In this document: positions 1-7,635 of the stretch, one piece after another
Numbering within the stretch: the first letter of the stretch is position 1
Layout of the letters: every line of letters starts with the position of its first letter
IMG/VR virus record: IMGVR_UViG_3300033405_000945
Location: 1-24,717 of that record
Reading direction: 5' to 3' (one strand)
Length of the DNA stretch: 24,717 bases
Source: a virus
Lineage: Duplodnaviria > Caudoviricetes
Notes under the pieces: model-generated
Told to the model about the DNA's origin: nothing
What the model saw: only the letters and a program-made list of their open reading frames with translations
Database searches by the model: none
Made by a program: the position numbers and the translations under genes

Positions 1-1239
1 CTATGGGATGAGCCGTGCGCGGTAGTAGCGCGCCGACCCATTCGTCGCCGCACCCACATCCAGATAGTTGGTTACAGCGCCCAATGTCGGATTATTCGTC
101 ACCACGAAGATATCGGCAAAACTATTCGGATTGTAACTGCCGTCAGCCGCGCCGGTCGAGACTTGGAGTGTATTCGAAATTCCCGGCCCCATCATCCACG
201 TCACCAGCATGTCGTTGCTCTGGCGCGTAATGGATGTAATCCGGAACAAATTCGTCTCGAAAACCAAATTCCCGACAAGCACCGTGCCGCCGGTGTGAAT
301 GAACTGCGCACAGGGATTCGTAATCACCAGCGTATCCACTTGAAGCATACCGCCCTTGACGATCAGCTCGCCCTGCCGCACTTCCAACACTTCCAGCCCC
401 CCGTACCCACGGCTCGCTACCGTGATCGTCCCACTGTCCAACTCCAGGAGATTGTTGCACGCAAACGAGGAAAGCCCAACGGTCAGGTTCGTCGCGACCA
501 CTGATCCGCCATTGCTGACCAGCAATCGGTTCCCACCGCCGAATTCACCGACGACCACTGCGCCTTCGTTGCTCCACACCGAGCCCGAGCCCGTGACTAC
601 CACGGTGTTGCTACTGCTTGGAGCGGCCACGCCAATCTCGCACGACGCGTCAACCACTTGGGCTCCATTACTAATTACCAGGCTATTGTAAACTGTTGCC
701 TGGCCCAGGAGCAGTGAACCCGCGCATTTCCAGGCCGAACCACTATCACTGACCACCACGGCGTTGTTGCTGCTGCCGTTGGCGTTTACGCCCACTTCAC
801 CATCACCAGAGACAACCAGCCCGCCGTTGCTGATCACGAGACTGTTGCCGGGCCCGGCGACTCCGACCCACATGCCGCCGACAGCGTCCCATACCGACCC
901 CGGCCCCCGGATCACCGCGACATTATTGCTGCTCCACATGTCGAGGCCGTTGCCCACGGCGCCAACGCTGCTCGTCAACGCGCCCCCGTTTTCCACCAGC
1001 AACACATCCGCATAATTCGTATAGCCGACATAGTAATCCCCGGAATAATTGCTGATCACCCCGCTGATAATATTCGTTTGGAAGTTGGCCGTGTACTGCG
1101 CGTGGGAAACTTCGGAGAAAAGAAAGGTTGAGAACAGCAACGCCACTGTCAGATAACTGGACCGCGTTCGGCGCACATCATAACCGACATTTCCCATATG
1201 ACCTGTGGGCCGCGACCATCGTGTGACATTCAGTCGCAT
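1..1239 (-). CDS. Secreted beta-helical repeat protein (T5SS/PEP-CTERM-associated repeat type) with Verrucomicrobia-style C-terminal domain
   Basis: 412-aa ORF ending in TAG at 1-3. Signal peptide (RRTRSSYLTVALLFSTFLFSEVSHA-Q). Recurrent units such as NSLVISNGGLV / SSNNAVVVSDSGSAW / SSSNTVVVTGSGSVW. C-terminal TNYLDVGAATNGSARYYR motif. The true start may be ATG 1197 or GTG 1176. Confidence 0.8.
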   Translation of the reverse strand: MRLNVTRWSRPTGHMGNVGYDVRRTRSSYLTVALLFSTFLFSEVSHAQYTANFQTNIISGVISNYSGDYYVGYTNYADVLLVENGGALTSSVGAVGNGLDMWSSNNVAVIRGPGSVWDAVGGMWVGVAGPGNSLVISNGGLVVSGDGEVGVNANGSSNNAVVVSDSGSAWKCAGSLLLGQATVYNSLVISNGAQVVDASCEIGVAAPSSSNTVVVTGSGSVWSNEGAVVVGEFGGGNRLLVSNGGSVVATNLTVGLSSFACNNLLELDSGTITVASRGYGGLEVLEVRQGELIVKGGMLQVDTLVITNPCAQFIHTGGTVLVGNLVFETNLFRITSITRQSNDMLVTWMMGPGISNTLQVSTGAADGSYNPNSFADIFVVTNNPTLGAVTNYLDVGAATNGSARYYRARLIP

Positions 1240-1329
1240 TGCGCATGCATTTTATCCGCTCGGACACGACTATCAAGCTTTTTTGCGTTTCCCAGATCGG
1301 TTTCCCGACTCCGGCGCCGCATCCGCCCC

Positions 1330-1506
1330 CTACCCCTTCCGCTTCGTTCCCCGTCTCGCTCGCGGCGTGTTCAATGCCATCAACTTCACCACGACGCGAA
1401 ACCGGTACTTCCGCGTATGCGGATGCGTCTTCTCCCGCTGCCGGATGAACTCCGCCAGCTTGCCTTTGGCTCGGGCCTCTTTCAGATGCACCAACGCCAG
1501 TTTCAC
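1330..1506 (-). CDS. Small basic hypothetical protein (58 aa), absent from the ORF track
   Basis: GTG at 1506 to TAG at 1330, translated by hand: MKLALVHLKEARAKGKLAEFIRQREKTHPHTRKYRFRVVVKLMALNTPRARRGTKRKG. Plausible codons; weak GGA upstream. Confidence 0.5.
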   Translation of the reverse strand: MKLALVHLKEARAKGKLAEFIRQREKTHPHTRKYRFRVVVKLMALNTPRARRGTKRKG

Positions 1507-1631
1507 CGATTAGTCCATCATCGTAAAGCCAAATTGCCGTATGCCGATGGGATAATTGCGACTACCAATCGTGGTTTTGCGTAACTATTTGCGTTTATTT
1601 CAGGCCAGTCTTTGCCGTTTCCGAAGAAAAG

Positions 1632-1692
1632 CTTCCAAAGCTCACAAACCTTCCAAAGTGCGCTCACGGGTTTTTTCGTTCGGACGTAATCT
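1632..1692 (+). promoter_or_regulatory. Putative promoter of the structural operon
   Basis: In the AT-richer intergenic region: three tandem 9-mers CTTCCAAAG-CTCACAAAC-CTTCCAAAG (1632-1658), then a -10-like TAATCT (1687-1692). No canonical -35. SD GGGAG at 1712-1716. Confidence 0.35.
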
Positions 1693-1724
1693 CCCGCCCG
1701 TTGTGAAACATGGGAGATAAAACA

Positions 1725-2651
1725 ATGAACTGGATGACGAAACTGGCGATTTTGTTCGGACGAAAACAGTTTGAAGACTTTGCCCAGGCCAATCCCCAAC
1801 TGCCCGATGACGCGCTCGCGGTTGCGAACACGCTCGATACGTACCCCACACGTGGCGCCGCCGCGCTGATCGCCGGCTCGCTGGCCCACGCGGTCGATAA
1901 CGTCCTGCGCGGGACCGAGACCGTCGGGCAACTCGCCACGCATCTGCTCTTGGTGCTGACGGCGCTGTGCATCATCTGGGTCCGCCACGCCATCAGCAAA
2001 CATGATGTGCGGGTGAACGCGGCGGTGCAGTCGGCTCGTCAGGTGTCCGGCATTTCCAGCACCGTGACAACGCTGATGATCCTCTTCGCGCCCTTCGTGT
2101 TCTTCGTGGTGAGTCCACTGAATTGTGGGGCAGGCGGCCCGCCTGCCGATTCCCCAACGACGGCAACCGGGCCGGTTGCCCTACAAACCGGCACGACGAA
2201 CGGCTCGGCCGCTCCAACGACCGCAACCGGGACGGTCGCGCTACCAAACAACGTCACCAACGCCACGGCGCTGTTCACCGAGCTCGTCTCCGATTTTGGC
2301 AGTGTCACCAAATTCAGCAGCGGCGTCGGCGTCAATCTCCACGGCAAGATCGCGCCGCTGCTGTCCCAGGAACTTTCGCTCTTCGGGCACTCAACCACCA
2401 ACTCCTCGTGGTCGACCGGGCCGTCCCACGCGACGTTTTTCCTGCCGGCCGCCAACGAGGAACAGGTCGGCTGGTCGTTCAGCGGCAGTTGGAACTCTCC
2501 GCCCAGAATCCTCCGCTTCGCCCTGTTCAATGCGAGCGACATCGATTGGACGGTCAACTGGGGTCTGCCCGTCGAGGATTACTACCGGGTGTTTCGCCAT
2601 ATCGATTGGCGCGAGAACCGTCTCGGCGTGTCCATCACCCGGAAATTCTAG
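1725..2651 (+). CDS. Membrane protein at the lysis-gene position: two hydrophobic segments, Thr/Ala/Pro linker, beta-rich C-terminus
   Basis: ATG 1725 with SD GGGAG. Hydrophobic LLLVLTALCIIWV and LMILFAPFVFFVV. Ends RLGVSITRKF. Confidence 0.7.
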   Translation: MNWMTKLAILFGRKQFEDFAQANPQLPDDALAVANTLDTYPTRGAAALIAGSLAHAVDNVLRGTETVGQLATHLLLVLTALCIIWVRHAISKHDVRVNAAVQSARQVSGISSTVTTLMILFAPFVFFVVSPLNCGAGGPPADSPTTATGPVALQTGTTNGSAAPTTATGTVALPNNVTNATALFTELVSDFGSVTKFSSGVGVNLHGKIAPLLSQELSLFGHSTTNSSWSTGPSHATFFLPAANEEQVGWSFSGSWNSPPRILRFALFNASDIDWTVNWGLPVEDYYRVFRHIDWRENRLGVSITRKF

Positions 2652-2663
2652 GGAGGCAATTCC

Positions 2664-2804
2664 ATGACACTTGCAACAAGAACTTCTGAACCCACCCCTG
2701 GCCCCTCCCAAGAGGGGAACAAACAATCCGGTCTCCCCTCCTCTGGAGGGGCTGGGGGTGGGTCTGGCTTAACGATGAAGGGTGGGCTTTGGGACAACCT
2801 ATGA
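2664..2804 (+). CDS. REP-derived coupling mini-ORF (46 aa)
   Basis: SD GGAGG 2652-2656 and ATG 2664. Reads through the REP pair; its TGA overlaps the next ATG (ATGA 2801-2804). Confidence 0.45.
   Translation: MTLATRTSEPTPGPSQEGNKQSGLPSSGGAGGGSGLTMKGGLWDNL
2689..2763. repeat. Inverted pair of REP-like family A elements (ACCCACCCC-n-CCCCTCC-nn-GGAGGGG)
   Basis: AACCCACCCCTGGCCCCTCCCAAGAGGGGAA ... TCCCCTCCTCTGGAGGGGCTGGGGGTGGGT. Confidence 0.9.
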
Positions 2805-3163
2805 ACGATCATGGAATCAACTGGACCGGCGTGCTGGCGATCATCGCGCTGCTGGAATTCTTCCGCAGCCTGGTGATCTATGTCTTTATCAGTCCCCTGC
2901 GCGGCGCGGGCAAGAAAATCGACCATCTCGAATGCCAGATCAACGGACTGAATTTCGCCCACCTGCAAAAGAGCGTCGAGGACCACGAGTGCCGCGTGCG
3001 CGAACTCGAACGCGATGCGATGCCGGTCGATGATTTTCGCCGTTACACCGACACGTCCGAACGCGACCGCCGCCTGGTGAACAAGAAACTCGACATCCTG
3101 CTGCAGCGCACCGCGCAACTGCGCGACCCGGCCGATGAAAGGGAACTGAGTGATGAAAACTGA
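2801..3163 (+). CDS. Mu gp25-like (DUF2730-type) single-TM coiled-coil protein
   Basis: N-terminal TM (WTGVLAIIALLEFFRSLVIYVFI), then coiled coil HECRVRELE...VNKKLDILL. Lies just before the gp26- and gp27-like genes. Confidence 0.6.
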   Translation: MNDHGINWTGVLAIIALLEFFRSLVIYVFISPLRGAGKKIDHLECQINGLNFAHLQKSVEDHECRVRELERDAMPVDDFRRYTDTSERDRRLVNKKLDILLQRTAQLRDPADERELSDEN

Positions 3164-3164
3164 A

Positions 3165-3241
3165 ACCCCTCTCTTTATTTCTCTCCCGGCGGGAGAGATC
3201 AAAACCGGATTTCCCCTCCACCGGAGGGGCCGGGGGTGGGT
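3165..3241. repeat. Family A REP-like pair
   Basis: Hairpin TCTCTCCCGGCGGGAGAGA followed by TTCCCCTCCACCGGAGGGGCCGGGGGTGGGT. Confidence 0.85.
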
Positions 3242-3247
3242 GACCCG

Positions 3248-3523
3248 ATGAACCCTGAACAACTCCGCGACCTGCGGGTCGTGATCCTGCAATACCTCTA
3301 CCGCGCCAAACCCCTGGGCCGTCGCGCCACCGTGATCCATCAGATCGTCCGCCAGGAGGTCGATTGCGAACTGTCCGATGTCGCCGCCCAACTCGCGTTC
3401 CTCCAGGGCAACAACTTCATCTGCGCGGTCAAAGCCGACAGCCTGTCCCCCGGCCTCCCGCCGTTCTGGTTTATTACGACGGCCGGCATGGTCGAATGCG
3501 AGGAGAAACATCTTGTCCCGTAA
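3248..3523 (+). CDS. Mu gp26-like winged-helix protein
   Basis: LRVVILQYL...VAAQLAFLQGNNFI...WFITTAG pattern, ~91 aa, immediately upstream of the gp27-like gene. Confidence 0.7.
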   Translation: MNPEQLRDLRVVILQYLYRAKPLGRRATVIHQIVRQEVDCELSDVAAQLAFLQGNNFICAVKADSLSPGLPPFWFITTAGMVECEEKHLVP

Positions 3524-3532
3524 TTTCCAAAC

Positions 3533-3629
3533 TGTAGCCGCGCCGCTCCGCCGGCGCGATTCCCCACACTGTAGCCGCCCCGCTCTGTCGGGGCGCTTCG
3601 CGGCACGGCGACAGAGCGCCGTGGCTACA
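3533..3629. repeat. Cluster of three GTAG-type REP elements
   Basis: TGTAGCCGCGCCGCTCCGCCGGCGCG (3533), TGTAGCCGCCCCGCTCTGTCGGGGCG (3570), and inverted CACGGCGACAGAGCGCCGTGGCTACA (ends 3629). The last two recur at 5733-5793. Confidence 0.9.
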
Positions 3630-3921
3630 ACGACGGTTCCACAAATTCCGACGGCCGGCTCGCTCTCCCCTTGCGCAACCCGCATCCTCCCGCCCCGTTC
3701 ACCGGCCCGAACCGCCGGGCCGCTCACCCTGATGCGCGCCCTGCTCGCCCCGTTGCGCCTACTCGCTGTCCGCCCGCGCCTCCTTGGATCAGTGGCGGAC
3801 GTCGCGAGCTGCCGTCGGGTTCCTTCTTCGCTGATCCGAATCTCAGCCTTCGAGTCCTCCGCTGTCGCTCGCCTTTCCTCCGGACTTCGATTTTCCGGAC
3901 TCCATTCCCCCGAGGCCGCCC

Positions 3922-4554
3922 ATGCTGCGTAGACCCAAAGGCAAGATCTCCATGCTCCCGGAGAACGTGCGAGATCAGATCAATGACAAGATCCGCAACG
4001 GCTGGCAGTACCGCACCATTCGCGACTGGTTGTTTGCCCAACGCGCCGAGCAGGACATCCCGGATCTGCAACTGAAGGCGGGTGACCTCTATGCCCTGGT
4101 CTGGTCACGCGATGCAAAGACGAAGCGGTCGATGCAATGCACCTGCCTCAACGCCCTCAGCGATTGGTATCGAACCCATTACCGCAGCTGGCTCAAGGAC
4201 CAGCTCTCCTTTGACCGCGCCCTCCGCCTCGTCGAGGAAAACGAACAGCTCAGTAGCCTCGCCAGCGACAAGGCCCAACCAGACTCCAATCTCGGCGGCA
4301 CCCTCATCGTCCGCTCCTTATTGATGGACGCCATCCGCGCCCTCTGCGAAGACGAAGAGGCCGCTAATCCCGCCCAACTGGCGCGCCTCGCCAATGCCTG
4401 GGCCCGCATGAGCGACACCGGCCTGCGCGGCCAGCAATCCCTCGACGCCGGCCTCCAGTCCCTGCGCGACGAAATCAAATCCAACCCCAACGCCCTCGAG
4501 CACTTCAACAAACTCTACGCCACGCTGAAACACCCCAGCCAAAAGAAGTCATGA
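3922..4554 (+). CDS. Mu gp27-like (DUF3486) putative small terminase
   Basis: N-terminal KGKISMLPENVRDQINDKIRNGWQYRTIRDWL pattern. ATGA overlap with the large terminase. Confidence 0.75.
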   Translation: MLRRPKGKISMLPENVRDQINDKIRNGWQYRTIRDWLFAQRAEQDIPDLQLKAGDLYALVWSRDAKTKRSMQCTCLNALSDWYRTHYRSWLKDQLSFDRALRLVEENEQLSSLASDKAQPDSNLGGTLIVRSLLMDAIRALCEDEEAANPAQLARLANAWARMSDTGLRGQQSLDAGLQSLRDEIKSNPNALEHFNKLYATLKHPSQKKS

Positions 4555-7082
4555 CCCGCGTCGCTGAAGAACTCAAACAAGGCCTCGACGGCAGCCTCTC
4601 CTGCAAAGTCGCGACGCCATCGGTCCGCTCGTTCCGCGAGTTTTTGGAGAAGCATGCCCGCGTGAAGACGCCGGATGGAAGCTATGCGGCGTACACGTTT
4701 GCGGGACGGGAGGCGCTGGAATTTGTGGTGGGGATTATTGACCGGGTGTTGGCGAATGGCGACGGCCACGAACCCACCCCTGTATCCCCTCCGAGGAGGG
4801 GACCCAACCCGAACGTGTTCTCCATGCATTCATCCCCTCCGAGGAGGGGAACGGATCCGCACTCGAATTCCATGCATTCATCCCCTCCGAGGAGGGGAAC
4901 GGATCCGCACTCGAATTCCATGCATTTATCCCCTCCACCGGAGGGGATCAAAGGGGTGGGTCATCCGATCTCCGACGCACGCCTCACCGCGACGGGGAGT
5001 GCGCAATGGGGCAAGCCGAGTGCGGCACTAGCCGCACGAGACGGCGCGATGTCGTCTTCGCGCCAAACCATCCATGATTGCCCCATCAGCGATGCCCGGC
5101 TCACCGCCACCGGCTCGGCGCAGTGGGGCAAAACCATCCTCGAACTCAATCTGCTCGCGTATCTGACCGGCCTGCAATTTCGTTCGGTCGGTTTGTTCCT
5201 GCCCGATGAAGACCTCGTCGAAGGCGTGGTCGATTCCAAGTTTCGGCCCGACGTGCTCGACCAGCTTCCCTGGCTCAACTCGCTGATCACGCTCGGCAAA
5301 GCCGAGAACGCCTCGGGCAAGACGGTCAACCGCAAAGGCCTGTTCACCTGCACCGATGGCCGGAAACGGTCACACGGGATGATTCACGGGATGCAGAAGA
5401 TCCCGACGACGTTCAGCTTCGACGTGGTGATCGAGGACGAGAAGGACGACATCCCGCCGAGCATGTCGCGGTATCTGACGGCGCGCATGACCGCCAGCGA
5501 TCTGCGGTTCCGCTTGAGCATCGGCACACAACGCTACGCCGGCGCGGGGCAGAACAAGGAGTTCGAGGCCGGCACGATGCATACGGGAGTGTTTGAGTGC
5601 CCAAATCCCAAGTGCCTATACAAACAGAATCCGGAAGAGAACTGGCCGGGGATCTGCCGACTGGCCGTGGATGGCGCGCCGCGAACGGATGATCCGCAGC
5701 TTACCTTGGAAGGGAACTTCCGCTGCGCCGGCTGTAGCCGCCCCGCTCTGTCGGGGCGCATCCCCGACACGGCGACAGAGCGCCGTGGCTACAGCGAAAC
5801 GGGCGTCTTCGACTTCTCTCCCGATGCCCATTTCTACCTCGCCTGTGTCCGGTGCGGCGCGGAACTGAATCGGCACGTGCCGGAGTTCATCCCGCAACAT
5901 CCGGAGCGGGAGAAACTGCATCACTGGTCGGTCCGCATCTCGCAGCTGCTGGTCGCGGCGATCTCGTTGAAGCAAATCGTCTCCGACTGGTGCCACAACG
6001 CGGTGAAAGACCCCGACGCGATGAAGACGTTTTACGTCGACCGCCTCGGCCTGCCGCGGAGCGCGACGCAACAGATTGACCAGAAGATACTGGACCGCGC
6101 GAGAAGTGTGGAAACGTTCGATCTGTCGCTGACGCCGCGCCCCGGCACGGTGCGGTATGCCGGGCTGGACACGGGAGACAGATGCTGGCTCACCGTCCGC
6201 GAATGTGATGGTGTAGTAGCGGCCGTCTCGGCCGCCTCCGCGCCGAGCGGCACAGGCGTCTCGCCTGTAGCCTCCGGTCGTTCTAAACGCATCGTGTGGC
6301 TGGAGCAGCTCAGTGCCGAGCGCGTCCGGTCGCGCGTGCCGCAGATTTTCGAGACGATGGGCATCGCGACGTTGTTTGTGGATGCGGGCCCGCTGCGCGA
6401 TCTCGCGCGCGATTTGTGTTTTCTGCTGAATGGGCTTAACGGCGCGGACGCGCGGCAGCGCGTCTCTCCAAACGACGCGGAGAAAGCGGTCATCCATTTT
6501 CCCGGCGGTCTCGTTTGGGACGGGAGAAGCCAGCAATGGCGCGGATTGCGTTGCGCCGCGGTCGAGTTCTCGCTGAAAACCGGCAAAGGCATCCAGCACA
6601 AGCTCGGCATCACGCAGGACGGACTGTTTTACCCGATCATCGCCTGTAATCGGGACGAGACCATCGAGCGCGTCGTCAATGAATTACTGACGGCCAGCGA
6701 GGGTGTGATTGAGGTGGTTGAAACCGCAGGGCATAACCCACCCCTGTATCCCCTCCGAGGAGGGGAACGAAGGTTGCGGACGGAACCGGCGATTCGACTG
6801 CCCGCGCGCACGGCGGGTTCACCGAAGATTATCGAGACGTTCGACGCGCATGTGATTGCCGGGAGCCGCCGCGACCGCGACGCGGACGGCAACGCCGAGC
6901 ATTTCGTCGACGGTTGCGAAAATCATTTTCTGCTGAGCAACGCCTACAGCGCGCTGGCGGAATCGGTCGGCGAACACGTCGTTCCGCCGGTGTCGGGCGC
7001 GATGGACCCCGATACCGCGGTGACATCGAGCCACACCATGAACCGATTCGGGCGACACACTTTGGCCAGGAGACCCTGGTGA
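4551..7082 (+). CDS. terL: Terminase large subunit (lambda GpA-like) with six in-frame repeat insertions
   Basis: Walker A GSAQWGKT, Walker B VVIEDEKDD, Cys pairs CPNPKC and CVRC, nuclease YAGLDTG, LFVDAGP, ENHFLLS. Confidence 0.9.
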   Translation: MTRVAEELKQGLDGSLSCKVATPSVRSFREFLEKHARVKTPDGSYAAYTFAGREALEFVVGIIDRVLANGDGHEPTPVSPPRRGPNPNVFSMHSSPPRRGTDPHSNSMHSSPPRRGTDPHSNSMHLSPPPEGIKGVGHPISDARLTATGSAQWGKPSAALAARDGAMSSSRQTIHDCPISDARLTATGSAQWGKTILELNLLAYLTGLQFRSVGLFLPDEDLVEGVVDSKFRPDVLDQLPWLNSLITLGKAENASGKTVNRKGLFTCTDGRKRSHGMIHGMQKIPTTFSFDVVIEDEKDDIPPSMSRYLTARMTASDLRFRLSIGTQRYAGAGQNKEFEAGTMHTGVFECPNPKCLYKQNPEENWPGICRLAVDGAPRTDDPQLTLEGNFRCAGCSRPALSGRIPDTATERRGYSETGVFDFSPDAHFYLACVRCGAELNRHVPEFIPQHPEREKLHHWSVRISQLLVAAISLKQIVSDWCHNAVKDPDAMKTFYVDRLGLPRSATQQIDQKILDRARSVETFDLSLTPRPGTVRYAGLDTGDRCWLTVRECDGVVAAVSAASAPSGTGVSPVASGRSKRIVWLEQLSAERVRSRVPQIFETMGIATLFVDAGPLRDLARDLCFLLNGLNGADARQRVSPNDAEKAVIHFPGGLVWDGRSQQWRGLRCAAVEFSLKTGKGIQHKLGITQDGLFYPIIACNRDETIERVVNELLTASEGVIEVVETAGHNPPLYPLRGGERRLRTEPAIRLPARTAGSPKIIETFDAHVIAGSRRDRDADGNAEHFVDGCENHFLLSNAYSALAESVGEHVVPPVSGAMDPDTAVTSSHTMNRFGRHTLARRPW
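4771..4961. repeat. In-frame array of four family A hairpins with 48-bp period, inside terL
   Basis: ATCCCCTCC at 4784, 4832, 4880 and 4928, bounded by AACCCACCCC and GGGGTGGGT. Encodes repeats of SPPRRGTDPHSNSMHS. Confidence 0.95.
4965..5132 (+). repeat. Duplicated 17-codon Walker A segment separated by a structured AGCCGAG element
   Basis: PISDARLTATGSAQWGK encoded at 4965-5015 and 5082-5132. Two-hairpin element at about 5014-5066. Confidence 0.95.
5731..5795. repeat. In-frame GTAG-type REP doublet in terL
   Basis: GCTGTAGCC...GGCTACAGC inverted ends; near-identical to intergenic 3570-3629. Encodes CSRPALSGRIPDTATERRGYS. Confidence 0.95.
6213..6268. repeat. Two in-frame REP-like hairpins in terL
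   Basis: GTAGTAGCGGCCGTCTCGGCCGC and GGCACAGGCGTCTCGCCTGT share a GTCTC loop region. Confidence 0.7.
6446..6469. repeat. In-frame REP-like hairpin in terL
   Basis: GGACGCGCGGCAGCGCGTCTCTCC, same architecture as intergenic 7597-7622. Confidence 0.65.
6735..6767. repeat. In-frame family A element in terL
   Basis: 32 nt identical to 4771-4802 but read in a different frame (NPPLYPLRGG). Confidence 0.95.
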
Positions 7083-7117
7083 ACACAACCAACCCTACAG
7101 AAAACCGGAGGAATGAA

Positions 7118-7582
7118 ATGAAGAAGTTACTATCGACAACACTGATCGCAGCAATCGTAGCGTTCGCGGCCTACGTACCGAGCGCGCGGGCGCAGGCGAT
7201 CTTCGTGCCGGGCTACGACGTGCCTTCGACCATCGCCACGAACGCCTTCGTCGTTAATGGCACCAACGGCATGCTCGTCACGCCCCTGGTCATTACCAGC
7301 AGCACCAACGGCGCGACGGTGACGGTTGTCACCAACACCGCGAACTCGAACCGCGTTTTCCTGGACGTCATCCAACAGGGCACCAACGCCTGCGACGTGA
7401 TTTACGATCAGGCCGCGACGACCAACAGCATCGGCGATTACCTCGGCGGCGCGGTCGGCGCGACGTGGACCACCAAACGCCCCGCGCTCTACAAGGGACC
7501 CGTCACGCTCATCCTGCATTCCCACGCTCCGAACCAGGCCACGACCGTCTGGACCATCGAAGGCAGCACGGGCGGCCTCTAA
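7118..7582 (+). CDS. Signal-peptide-bearing small beta-sandwich protein (154 aa)
   Basis: SD GGAGG, ATG 7118. MKKLLSTTLIAAIVAFAAYVPSARA-Q signal peptide; Thr/Asn-rich mature part. Confidence 0.8.
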   Translation: MKKLLSTTLIAAIVAFAAYVPSARAQAIFVPGYDVPSTIATNAFVVNGTNGMLVTPLVITSSTNGATVTVVTNTANSNRVFLDVIQQGTNACDVIYDQAATTNSIGDYLGGAVGATWTTKRPALYKGPVTLILHSHAPNQATTVWTIEGSTGGL

Positions 7583-7596
7583 TGGCGAATTGAATC

Positions 7597-7622
7597 GGAC
7601 GGCTCGGCGAGCCGTCCCTACC
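7597..7622 (-). repeat. GTAG-type REP element
   Basis: Reverse strand reads GGTAGGGACGGCTCGCCGAGCCGTCC. Confidence 0.85.
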
Positions 7623-7635
7623 AACGACAATAAAA

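Noticed and set aside
1240-1724. Mu-type left end (TG plus transposase binding sites) or att site
   Set aside because: No convincing end repeats, and the partner end is outside the window.
4771-4961. CRISPR array (periodic palindromic repeats)
   Set aside because: Intervening sequences are identical or related rather than unique spacers, the array is in-frame in terL, the motif is dispersed elsewhere, and there are no cas genes.
5014-5067. Hammerhead ribozyme (GAG-stem-CGAGAC-stem-GTC resemblance)
   Set aside because: Lacks the CUGANGA and GAAA core, and GTC lies in a loop. Kept only as an unknown structured element.
4965-5132. Diversity-generating retroelement TR/VR pair
   Set aside because: Differences are synonymous and not adenine-specific, and no reverse transcriptase is present.
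4551-7082. Intein explaining the long terminase
   Set aside because: No intein splice-junction or homing endonuclease motifs seen; the extra length is explained by repeats.
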